A DNA stretch of 64,000 nucleotides, from NCBI GenBank assembly GCA_022827055.1, contig JAJDTR010000088.1, positions 9,043-73,042 of the forward strand, given 5' to 3'. This document shows positions 37,022 through 45,331 of the stretch, piece by piece. The notes beneath the pieces were generated by a model, which worked only from the letters and a program-made list of their open reading frames with translations, was not told the DNA's origin and did no database searches. A program made the translations under genes and the position numbers. How positions within the stretch are numbered: the first letter of the stretch is position 1; each line of letters begins with the position of its first letter. This DNA comes from Candidatus Poribacteria bacterium (GTDB lineage Bacteria; Poribacteria; WGA-4E; JAJDTR01).

Positions 37022-37672
37022 TTACGATTGAGATGGGGATTCTTGGTTGTCCCTGTTTCCGACTTCAGCCTGGAGCGCGTGAGAGACTATTTCAACCTTG
37101 GCAGTGAGTTTGCTTATGTCGGCGTGGGTTGCCTGAGCGTTAGCATGAATTGCCTCGGTGTTGGCATCAATCTTCTCGCCGAGTCTCACCATCTGAGACT
37201 GCATCAATCTCATATCTTCACGAATTTCATTGGTGATTGCCAGGGAAGTGGTAAATACTTTGTCAATCTGCTGTTGAAGATTAGAGGTTTCATTTTCAAT
37301 CTGCTTTTGAAGATTGGATATTTCGCTTCCAATCTGCTGTTGACGACCGGATGTTTCGTTTTCAATCTGCTTTTGAAGATTGGATGTTTCGTTTTCGATC
37401 TGCTTTTGAAGGATGGACGTTCCGCTTTCAATCTGCTTTTGAAGGATGGACGTTTCGTTTTCGATCTGCTTTTGAAGATTGGTTGTTACGCTTCCAATCT
37501 GCTCTTGACGACTTGATGCTTCTTTATCAATTTGCTTTTGGAGGTTGTCTGCTATCCTATTCATTTCTGCCCTACTGGGAATGCGCCATCCCAATAGAAA
37601 TATTGTGACCCCAAAGCCTAAAATAGTGACGATTGGCAACAGCTCTTTCATTGCACCCATCAATTCTACCAC
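37022..37672 (-). CDS. Membrane-anchored coiled-coil protein built from 11-residue tandem repeats (LQKQIENETSN)
   Basis: N-terminal TM helix. About 8.5 copies of an 11-aa heptad-like repeat. C-terminal apolipoprotein-like helices. Confidence 0.55.
   Translation of the reverse strand: MVELMGAMKELLPIVTILGFGVTIFLLGWRIPSRAEMNRIADNLQKQIDKEASSRQEQIGSVTTNLQKQIENETSILQKQIESGTSILQKQIENETSNLQKQIENETSGRQQQIGSEISNLQKQIENETSNLQQQIDKVFTTSLAITNEIREDMRLMQSQMVRLGEKIDANTEAIHANAQATHADISKLTAKVEIVSHALQAEVGNRDNQESPSQS
37262..37545 (-). repeat. 33-bp tandem repeat array (about 8.5 units) encoding the 11-aa LQKQIENETSx repeats
   Basis: Plus-strand unit TTCAATCTGCTTTTGAAGATTGGATGTTTCGTT, repeated head-to-tail with point variants. 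Confidence 0.8.
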
Positions 37673-37702
37673 GGTTCAATTTCTCCTTACTTTGCAGATT
37701 GT

Positions 37703-38020
37703 TTACAGGCTCCGAACAACAACCCGGCTTCCTTCTACTGCAACCACTTCCACCTCTGTTTCAGGCTCGATAAATTCTCCGTTAGTGATCACATCCACCC
37801 GCTGTCCATCAATCAGGGCGACACCCGCCGGTCGCAGCGGTGACAGGGATTGTCCGGATTGACCGGCTAAAGCCGCTAGTTCTTGAGGCGCAGCCTGAAA
37901 TCCATCGGCGCTATTCTCTGTAGTCTTGAGAATTAGGGTTCGCACCAATTTCACCACAATGGCTATCAGAACCGCGACAATCACCAAAGTTAGAATTGTG
38001 TCCATCCCGAAATTCCCCAT
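37703..38020 (-). CDS. NfeD-like short protein (TM helix + C-terminal OB-fold)
   Basis: 105 aa. C-terminal PAGVALIDGQRVDVITNGEFIEPETEVEVVAVEGSRVVV is the NfeD C-terminal beta-barrel consensus. Confidence 0.6.
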   Translation of the reverse strand: MGNFGMDTILTLVIVAVLIAIVVKLVRTLILKTTENSADGFQAAPQELAALAGQSGQSLSPLRPAGVALIDGQRVDVITNGEFIEPETEVEVVAVEGSRVVVRSL

Positions 38021-38031
38021 TTGACAACTGT

Positions 38032-38514
38032 TTACCGACTCCTCACGACAACTCGACGCCCCTCAACGGCAACTACTTCCACTTCCGTTTCGGGTTGTAT
38101 GAACTCCCCGTTGGTGACTACGTCTATCCGCTTGCCATCAATCAGGGCAACTCCTGCCGGTCTGAGGGGAGACACGGACTGACCGACGCGACCGACTAAA
38201 TCTGCTAACTCCTGCGGCGGGGCTTGAAAACCGTCGTCGCTATTTTGAGCGGTCCGAAGAATGACGGTTCGGCCGAGCCGTGTTCGGGGCGCGAGCCACA
38301 ATCCCAAGATGGCAAGCGGGATAATAATGACAACCGTCCTTCCGGCGTATAGCGAGGCGGTTTCCCATCCGTTTTCGAACCAAACTATCCCAATACCGAC
38401 ACATATGAGAATTATTCCCGGCACACCAGCCGCCCCGAAATCGGGAAGCAGAATAATCTCAATGAATAGCAATAGGACCCCTAAACCGAGGAGAAAGAGG
38501 GGTAGCGGCGGCAT
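38032..38514 (-). CDS. NfeD-like short protein, paralog (3 TM + OB-fold)
   Basis: 160 aa. C-terminal 60 aa is about 80% identical to the 105-aa paralog (PAGVALIDGKRIDVVTNGEFIQPETEVEVVAVEGRRVVV). Confidence 0.65.
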   Translation of the reverse strand: MPPLPLFLLGLGVLLLFIEIILLPDFGAAGVPGIILICVGIGIVWFENGWETASLYAGRTVVIIIPLAILGLWLAPRTRLGRTVILRTAQNSDDGFQAPPQELADLVGRVGQSVSPLRPAGVALIDGKRIDVVTNGEFIQPETEVEVVAVEGRRVVVRSR

Positions 38515-38608
38515 AAGCGCATCCTTTTATGGGAGGCTATCGCAGAAATTCACTCTATCCTTCAAGGACCTAGAGGAGTCAAGTGCGCTGTGTGACTTGA
38601 ATCCTGTC

Positions 38609-40147
38609 TTACGTTGTGTTGGTTTCCTCTTCCAAGGCTTCCACGAAGACCTTCGAGCCTTCTACCTCTATCACTTTCACGGCGGTTTCAGAAGGGATGA
38701 AATCGCCCGCGGTAAGTACATCAACGCGTTTGCCGGCGAGGCGTATTGTACCTGCCGGACGCAGGGGTGTAATCGCCGTCCCGGTCTGCCCGACATAACT
38801 CTGATAATCTTCATCCCCTGCAGAATGAAAGCCAATGTCCGAACTCATCTCGGTTGCTAAAGCGAAATGCTTCCATGCGCGTGTCTTGGGGAAGAAACAA
38901 AACGTGGCAATCACAAAGGCAGCGGTGAGGACGATAACAGATGAGAACGCCAGAATTGCCGTTTCAAACTGATAGGCGCTCTTGAATACATAAAATATAC
39001 CGCCGAACATAAGGATTATGCCCGAGATTCCCGCAACTCCAAATCCCGGCAGAACGAAAACCTCTACCAAAATCAACCCCAATCCCAAAACAAATGCCAA
39101 TGCCGCCCACTGGGCGTCGATTTGGCTCAACATGTGTCCGCCGAAGAAGATTCCGAGACATAGCAAACCAATCATTCCGGGCACGCCAAATCCGGGCGAT
39201 TGTATTTCTATCCACAATCCGAGCATCCCGAAGGAGAGCAGAAGCGAGCTAATGATTGGACTCGTGAGAAAAATGACAATCCGATCCGCCAATGATACGC
39301 GGGCTTCGTCAATTGCTGCGCCTTCAAGCGACTTGACAAACCATACACTTTCGGCGCCAAGTTCTTCCTGTTTCTGCGATGCGGCTTCTGCCGTTAGCAC
39401 TGTCATAACCCCATCAACCTCGACGATTCGATACATTGCCAAAAGCTCTTCAATGGTTTCCGCACGCCCATGCGCGAAACCGTACTCTAAGGCTTCGTCT
39501 GTGGTCAGAGTCAACAACTCGCCCTCGGCGGAGATGACCTCCATCTCCTCTCCTTTTTGCCTCTCATCTTCATAAATGTCAGGTCTGTACGATTCGATTG
39601 TGCCGTCTGCCAGCCTGACAAGCACCCGTTTCTTGTCAACCATTGCGACCGCGATATGAGGGTTGTACCCTTGTCGTTCCGCGGTTGATTTGATTGTCTT
39701 GCGAATATAAGAAACCGCTTTTTCTCCGGCCTCTTCTCCCTGAATCGAGACCGGCGCGGAATCGCCAATGGTTCCACCGGAGGTCATCACAATCTGGTCG
39801 CATGCAATGGAGATCATTGCGCCTGCGGAAATCGCCTGTCTATTCACATAGGCAATGGTCGGCACGTGCGTGTCTTGAATTGCTCGAATTATCTCGACTG
39901 CGGAATCGACTCGACCGCCGGGAGTGTCAACGTCAAATATAATCGCATCCGCATTAGCGTTTTCAGCACGCGCAATTCCGCTCTGGATGTAAGTGCGTAT
40001 CCCGCTGCCAATCTGATCGCGTATGTTGACAATATGCACCAAGGCTTCATCTTGAGCCGATGAGACCAGTGACATGGCTAGGAGGCTAACGCCGAGTATT
40101 ATGAATATGCAACTTGTCAAACGTGTTCTGCTAAACATGGCAATCAC
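38609..40147 (-). CDS. NfeD long form: ClpP-class membrane serine protease + TM region + OB-fold
   Basis: 512 aa. N-terminal ClpP/SppA-like fold (TPGGRVDSAVEI...GAMISIACDQIVM). Central 5-TM block. C-terminal TAITPLRPAGTIRLAGKRVDVLTAGDFIPSETAVKVIEVEGSKVFV. Confidence 0.75.
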   Translation of the reverse strand: MIAMFSRTRLTSCIFIILGVSLLAMSLVSSAQDEALVHIVNIRDQIGSGIRTYIQSGIARAENANADAIIFDVDTPGGRVDSAVEIIRAIQDTHVPTIAYVNRQAISAGAMISIACDQIVMTSGGTIGDSAPVSIQGEEAGEKAVSYIRKTIKSTAERQGYNPHIAVAMVDKKRVLVRLADGTIESYRPDIYEDERQKGEEMEVISAEGELLTLTTDEALEYGFAHGRAETIEELLAMYRIVEVDGVMTVLTAEAASQKQEELGAESVWFVKSLEGAAIDEARVSLADRIVIFLTSPIISSLLLSFGMLGLWIEIQSPGFGVPGMIGLLCLGIFFGGHMLSQIDAQWAALAFVLGLGLILVEVFVLPGFGVAGISGIILMFGGIFYVFKSAYQFETAILAFSSVIVLTAAFVIATFCFFPKTRAWKHFALATEMSSDIGFHSAGDEDYQSYVGQTGTAITPLRPAGTIRLAGKRVDVLTAGDFIPSETAVKVIEVEGSKVFVEALEEETNTT

Positions 40148-41050
40148 CTCTTCTTAAGTCCGGATGGCGAATGAGGTGGAAAAGTTTATGGATTTCTCGA
40201 GTTCGGTCTGGTCCAATCTGCAATCAAAGCGTACAGAATACACATCACTATTATATCCATCATGCCGTGACCTGTCAAGCCTTTTGAAACTCAGCATCTA
40301 CGGTGTTGACGCTTGTGATCGATTGACATTCTCGCTTACCAAATGGTGCTGCGATGGAGGGAAAACCGCTAATATTTTCCCGAAGTCTTACGCCACCGCA
40401 TTCGTGCTAACAACCCCTGATCTCTGCACGGTATTTGCCGTTTCTTTTCGATGTCGTCAACGCTGATTTGAAACGCGACGGTCCGGTAGGTGCGATTTCC
40501 GGATCGCGAGCACATTCTCCGGCTCAATCAAGATTCCGTGGAAAGGCATCTGAATGCAGGGCTTGATATGCGGGGCACCTGGAATCTGCTTGTATAGGCT
40601 CTTGCATAGGGTAAAACACATGTCTAATCCCCTGATTTCCTTGATATTGGACAGAGTTAATCGTTGATTAGAGATTAACAATTCAAATTTGAGTCATTGG
40701 CAGACCGCAGACGCAGACGAGTTGATTGTCGCACGCCCCATAAGCTTTTGATGATATTGTCATTGCTTTCTGCTGTAACCTGGGAAAGTGTTATCGCCTA
40801 GGGGACACCCGACCTGCGAGGTAACACCACGCCCGATTTTTCTCGACACAATTTATACAACGTGCTAAAATGATATCTACTTGGCGGAGGCAATTTTAAA
40901 CGTTATAAACCGAGTTTATGCTGGAATCCTCGGTTTCTGCCGCTTTATGAGAGACGAAGAAGTTCTGCCCACTGCAGTACCTAAGCAGAATCGGATGTTC
41001 TGCAAACAGTATCCCCACCCAAAAATCTCTATCACGGAGGAGCGTTGATA

Positions 41051-42691
41051 ATGAAATTCCTAAGAATACTTGCGGCTTGCTCGCTGCTCGGATTTGGGTT
41101 GTTAACCGCGGCTTTTGCGGAATCCAAGCTAATATCAAGCGATCCGAACAGGGGAGACCAGTTCGGTTGGTCGGTAGACATCAGCGGGCATACGATAATT
41201 GTTGGCGCCCCAATCAACAGCGAAAACAACCTTATCGAGCACGGATCAGCGTATATCTTTACGCTCAAGAGAGAAGGCAACAAGGACAACTGGGAAGAGA
41301 AGGCGGTGCTCGATCCGAAGGAAGACGGACGCCGAAACGACAACTTCGGTTACGCTGTGGCAATTGATGGCGACTATGCGGCAATCGGATCCCCCGGAAT
41401 TAATAGTTCCACCGGTGCCGTGTATGTCTACAAGCGCAGCGGGGGCGCTTGGAAGCAACAGCAGAAAATCGAAGCCGCCGACGGCAAAAAGAGGGACAAT
41501 TTCGGGCATTCCGTCGACATATTCGGAGAACATCTCATCGTGAGCGCTTATCTCGACGATAGCAAAGCCGGATCCGCCTATATTTTCATCCGCAACGGAG
41601 ACAGATGGCGACAGCAGGCGAAACTCACCGGTAACGACACCGCGAAAGGCGACAATTTCGGCGAGGCGGTTGCCTTCGCCGGTAACGAGAACGGCGTCGA
41701 CTTTGCCATTGTTGGAGCGCCTAACAACACACACAACGGAAAGAAGTCGGGCGCCGCATATATCTTTGTTCATGATGGAGGAAATTGGACGGAAGAAACC
41801 AAGTTGGTATCCGCTGACGCTCAAACCTCCGACTTTATTGGAGATGCCGTATCCATTAGTGGACACCGCGGCATTAAGCGTTATGCCCTCGTCGGAGCGC
41901 CGCATTTGGACTTGGCGCAGGACGTAGAGGGTAGGAGCAGCGCCGCATATATCTTCTCGAGCGATGGAGGCGCTTGGAGGGAGGAAGCCAAGCTTACGGC
42001 AAAGGATAAGGAGAAGGCAGACGGCTTCGGATCGGGGGTTTCAATCAATCGTAATATCGCGTTAGTCGGCGTCCCTCGACACGGCGAAGGCGCCATTCTG
42101 GACGGTGAACTTAATGCGGGAATCGTGTACCCATATCTGCGTGACGGCGACCAATGGATTAGGCAAGGGTCTCGGGCAACCACCGTACCCCCGGAATTTC
42201 CGGAACAGAGTTTCGGAAATGTGGTAATAGCCACGCAGGAGTTTATTGTCATCGCCGCGTACGGCTTGCAAAAGGGCAATCCTGATCGCGGTGATCCGAA
42301 CGGTGGGGCGGTTTATATCTATTACACACAAAGGGACTGGAAACTTCCCTACTCGGTCGAACCGTCATTGCTAAGAGCGGCAACGCTGGGGGGAATTAAG
42401 AGGACTGCGCTATTCCAAAACTTCCCGAACCCGTTTAATCCGGAGACCTGGCTGCCCTATCAATTGGGGAGCAAGTCAGATGTGGCATTCCATATCTTCA
42501 ACACGCGAGGACAACTGGTGCGCCGATTAGATGTTGGGACTCAGTCAGCGGGCAGTTATCAGAACAAAGAAACCGCCGCCTATTGGGATGGGCAGGATCA
42601 GCTGGGCCAGGCGGTATCCAGCGGTCTTTACTTCTACACACTGACCGCAGGCACGTCTCAAATCACGCGCCGGATGTTGATTTTGAAATAG
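41051..42691 (+). CDS. Secreted FG-GAP/integrin-alpha-like beta-propeller repeat protein with C-terminal T9SS (Por) sorting domain
   Basis: Signal peptide. Repeated DNFG..VAI.GD.A.IG.P...GA.Y.F motifs (FG-GAP). C-terminal ~80 aa NFPNPFNPETW...YFYTL....R.MLILK, typical of T9SS type-A C-terminal domains. Confidence 0.65.
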   Translation: MKFLRILAACSLLGFGLLTAAFAESKLISSDPNRGDQFGWSVDISGHTIIVGAPINSENNLIEHGSAYIFTLKREGNKDNWEEKAVLDPKEDGRRNDNFGYAVAIDGDYAAIGSPGINSSTGAVYVYKRSGGAWKQQQKIEAADGKKRDNFGHSVDIFGEHLIVSAYLDDSKAGSAYIFIRNGDRWRQQAKLTGNDTAKGDNFGEAVAFAGNENGVDFAIVGAPNNTHNGKKSGAAYIFVHDGGNWTEETKLVSADAQTSDFIGDAVSISGHRGIKRYALVGAPHLDLAQDVEGRSSAAYIFSSDGGAWREEAKLTAKDKEKADGFGSGVSINRNIALVGVPRHGEGAILDGELNAGIVYPYLRDGDQWIRQGSRATTVPPEFPEQSFGNVVIATQEFIVIAAYGLQKGNPDRGDPNGGAVYIYYTQRDWKLPYSVEPSLLRAATLGGIKRTALFQNFPNPFNPETWLPYQLGSKSDVAFHIFNTRGQLVRRLDVGTQSAGSYQNKETAAYWDGQDQLGQAVSSGLYFYTLTAGTSQITRRMLILK

Positions 42692-42850
42692 GTTGCCACA
42701 AGTTTCGGAGATTCGTATCAGTCGGGCGCCCACGCGTCCCCCGCCTTTTTTGTGATCACTAATCGAAAACGTTCTCTATGTCTGGACCGGTTCTATCAGG
42801 GATTTCGTGGTTTCCCTGTCCCGATGGTGCAAACCGTTTCTTGCTAGCGC

Positions 42851-43012
42851 GCCATTATCCCTGTCGGAATAATTCTTTCAGCAAGTAACACTCATCTTTG
42901 GATCTATGACAGGCTTTGAGAAGGTGTTCTTTCGTAAAATGCTTTTCACTCCAGCGGAGTGCTATGTCAATAGAATCGTGATGCGTCTAATCTCCGTGCT
43001 CCAGCGGAGATC
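42851..43012 (-). repeat. Extended family-B composite repeat (left flank of sialidase gene)
   Basis: gccattatccctgtcggaataattctttcagcaagtaac... then a reverse-oriented double hairpin (cactccagcggagtg ... tgtcaatagaat ... ctccagcggaga). Confidence 0.65.
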
Positions 43013-43308
43013 AAGGGAATGGATAATGACCGCGATAGAGATCCTCAATGTGGAGTGTTACTTGAGAGAGTAAATCCAATAATAATTTATACACTGCGGT
43101 AGGTTCCAAGCGGGGGAATATACCGCTACGGGACGAATGACGATCGTGAAGTGGCGTCACACAATCAGCTAGATCAAGTTGCCGCCCATTCCGGTAACTG
43201 TGGAATGTCATTACTGCGCAATGGGATTGATACTCTGTTGGAGGACGCTTTTCCGCAGATGCTATCTGCCGGTAATCCCCAACCCAAGCTGCTTGAAAAA
43301 TGGAATAG

Positions 43309-44421
43309 ATGATGATAGAACAAACGCAATTATTTAAGAACGGCGAGGGCGGATACCGCGCCTATAACGCTCCCGCACTGACACGATCCGTGAAAGGCAC
43401 GATGCTGGCGTTCTGCGAAGCCAGAAACAGTGACCCAACAGTAATGGGCGGCGACTCGGGCGATATTGACATCGGTCTCAGACGCAGTTTCGATAATGGG
43501 TGCACATGGGAACCCATGCAGATTGCCGTCCGCACCGGTCCGGACACCGATGGCAATCCCGCCCCGGTAGTGGATAGGAACACCGGAACAATCTGGCTGG
43601 TGTTTTGCCAGAACTTTGCGGATGGTCCGGAGAACCTGATTGTCGAGGGCAAAGCGCCGCGTACCGTCTGGGTCACGTCTAGCAAAGACGATGGGGCGAC
43701 GTGGGATACGCCGCGGGAGATTACAGACGAGGTAAAAGACGCTTCGTGGACATGGTACGCGACGGGTCCCGGAGGCGGAATCCAACTGTCAAGCGGTAGG
43801 CTTGTCATCCCGTGCGATCATGTGCAAGGCGTAGCCGGCGGTTATCAAGACGTGGCATCCTCCGTGGCAACGCTGGCGGGGTTCGGACATTCGCACATAA
43901 TTTACAGCGACGACCACGGCGAACATTGGCACATCGGCGGCGTGGCGCAAGCGGGCACGAACGAATCGAAGGTCGTTCAAACGATTGACGGCGCCTTATA
44001 CTTGAACTGCAGGAACTACGTGGGCGACCATCGACGCGCTTACGCTTGGAGTTATGATGACGGCACCTCCTTCACGGAGTCGGGTTGGGATGAAACACTG
44101 CCGGAACCCATCTGCAACGCGGGATTGACTCGCTTCACGGACGAAAATTCGCACGACAGGAACCGTGTTCTCTTTTCAAATCCTGCGAGCAAAAGCCGAA
44201 GAGAACGCCTGACCGTTCGAATTAGCTATGATGAGTGCCGCACTTGGAACACGGGCAAAGTCCTTCACGAAGACCATTCGTCCTACTCGGATATCTGTGC
44301 CGCCCCCGATATGAGCATCTGCTGCCTCTATGATTGGGGCTATGGAAGCGGTTACGATGGGCTTACCCTCGCGCGGTTCGATCTCGAGTGGCTCACCGAT
44401 GGGGCTGACAGCCTCGCATAG
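43309..44421 (+). CDS. BNR/Asp-box exo-alpha-sialidase-like glycosidase (GH33-like), paralog 1
   Basis: 370 aa. Five Asp-box-like motifs (SFDNGCTW, SKDDGATW, SDDHGEHW, SYDDGTSF, SYDECRTW). N-terminal YRAYNAPAL resembles the sialidase RIP motif. Confidence 0.7.
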   Translation: MMIEQTQLFKNGEGGYRAYNAPALTRSVKGTMLAFCEARNSDPTVMGGDSGDIDIGLRRSFDNGCTWEPMQIAVRTGPDTDGNPAPVVDRNTGTIWLVFCQNFADGPENLIVEGKAPRTVWVTSSKDDGATWDTPREITDEVKDASWTWYATGPGGGIQLSSGRLVIPCDHVQGVAGGYQDVASSVATLAGFGHSHIIYSDDHGEHWHIGGVAQAGTNESKVVQTIDGALYLNCRNYVGDHRRAYAWSYDDGTSFTESGWDETLPEPICNAGLTRFTDENSHDRNRVLFSNPASKSRRERLTVRISYDECRTWNTGKVLHEDHSSYSDICAAPDMSICCLYDWGYGSGYDGLTLARFDLEWLTDGADSLA

Positions 44422-44570
44422 TATGGACTGGAGGTTCAGACATCCCATGCCAAAATGCGCAAAATATAGATTTTGCGTCTTTGTAAAGCATTTCTCTTAT
44501 CTTCCGCATTATTGAGCACCTAAAAGTTTAATTTCTCAGTTGGCAGTATCCCGCATCATAATTGACAGCA

Positions 44571-44705
44571 TGCCATTATTCCTGTCGGAATAATTCTTTC
44601 AACAAGTAATACTTTCTAGTCAGAGTCCCATTCCTCGATCCAGCGGATCGAAATGTCAATAGAATGCGACATGTCAAGAGTCCCGCGCTCCCGAGGAGCG
44701 CCATG
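44571..44705 (-). repeat. Extended family-B composite repeat (right flank of sialidase gene, direct repeat of 42851-43012)
   Basis: gccattattcctgtcggaataattctttcaacaagtaat... then cgatccagcggatcg ... tgtcaatagaat ... gcgctcccgaggagcgccatg. Confidence 0.65.
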
Positions 44706-45070
44706 TGGTGGGTTTCTTGGTAAAATGTAGTTGATTTTTGAAGGGCAAAAACGGGCAATCAATCGGACTCACGGTAGTACCTCGGTGATTTTTGCTCGTT
44801 TGTGGATATATACCCCAAGATTTGGTATGTGAAAATTTGAGATTGCACAAGTCTATTATGCGGAAGATAAGTTTCTATTTTCCATAGGTCCGCAAAGTCC
44901 CACGGATCGGGCACACTCAAGGGACGCCTGTTCAAAGACAGGACGATTACGGAGAAATCTGGATTATCCCCGTGTACAGGATGTAACCCTTCCAGTGCAC
45001 TCTAGCACATTGCGTCCAGCCGCTGCCCTTAATTGCTGTTAAGAAAGTCGTTATTGCTACGAAAGCCTAA

Positions 45071-45143
45071 CATGGCGCTCCGCTGGAGCGCAGAACGGTT
45101 ATGTATCTGCTTGCTATTGACAGGTCGCTCCGCTGGAGCGAAA
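45071..45143 (+). repeat. Dispersed repeat family B, copy 4
   Basis: catggcgctccgctggagcg-cagaacggttatgtatctgcttgctattgacag-gtcgctccgctggagcgaaa. Near-identical hairpins to copy 1 at 32765. Confidence 0.7.
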
Positions 45144-45331
45144 CCCGTATTGTTACGTTATGACTCGGTAACTAAGCATTAGTTCCAGCGAGAATATTCG
45201 ATTGACAACTCACAGCTTTCCTCCCTTGTCTTTATAAGTAGATAGCAACTCGGATAGCCAAAATAGCTTTACCACCATTATTGAAACAACCGTTTAGATG
45301 AGTACGAGGGACCGAAAGGAATCTTGCAACT

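Noticed and set aside
37262-37545. Possible CRISPR array (regular short repeats).
   Set aside because: The 33-bp units are contiguous with no spacers, are in frame, and encode a coiled-coil repeat protein. There is no cas gene anywhere in the window.
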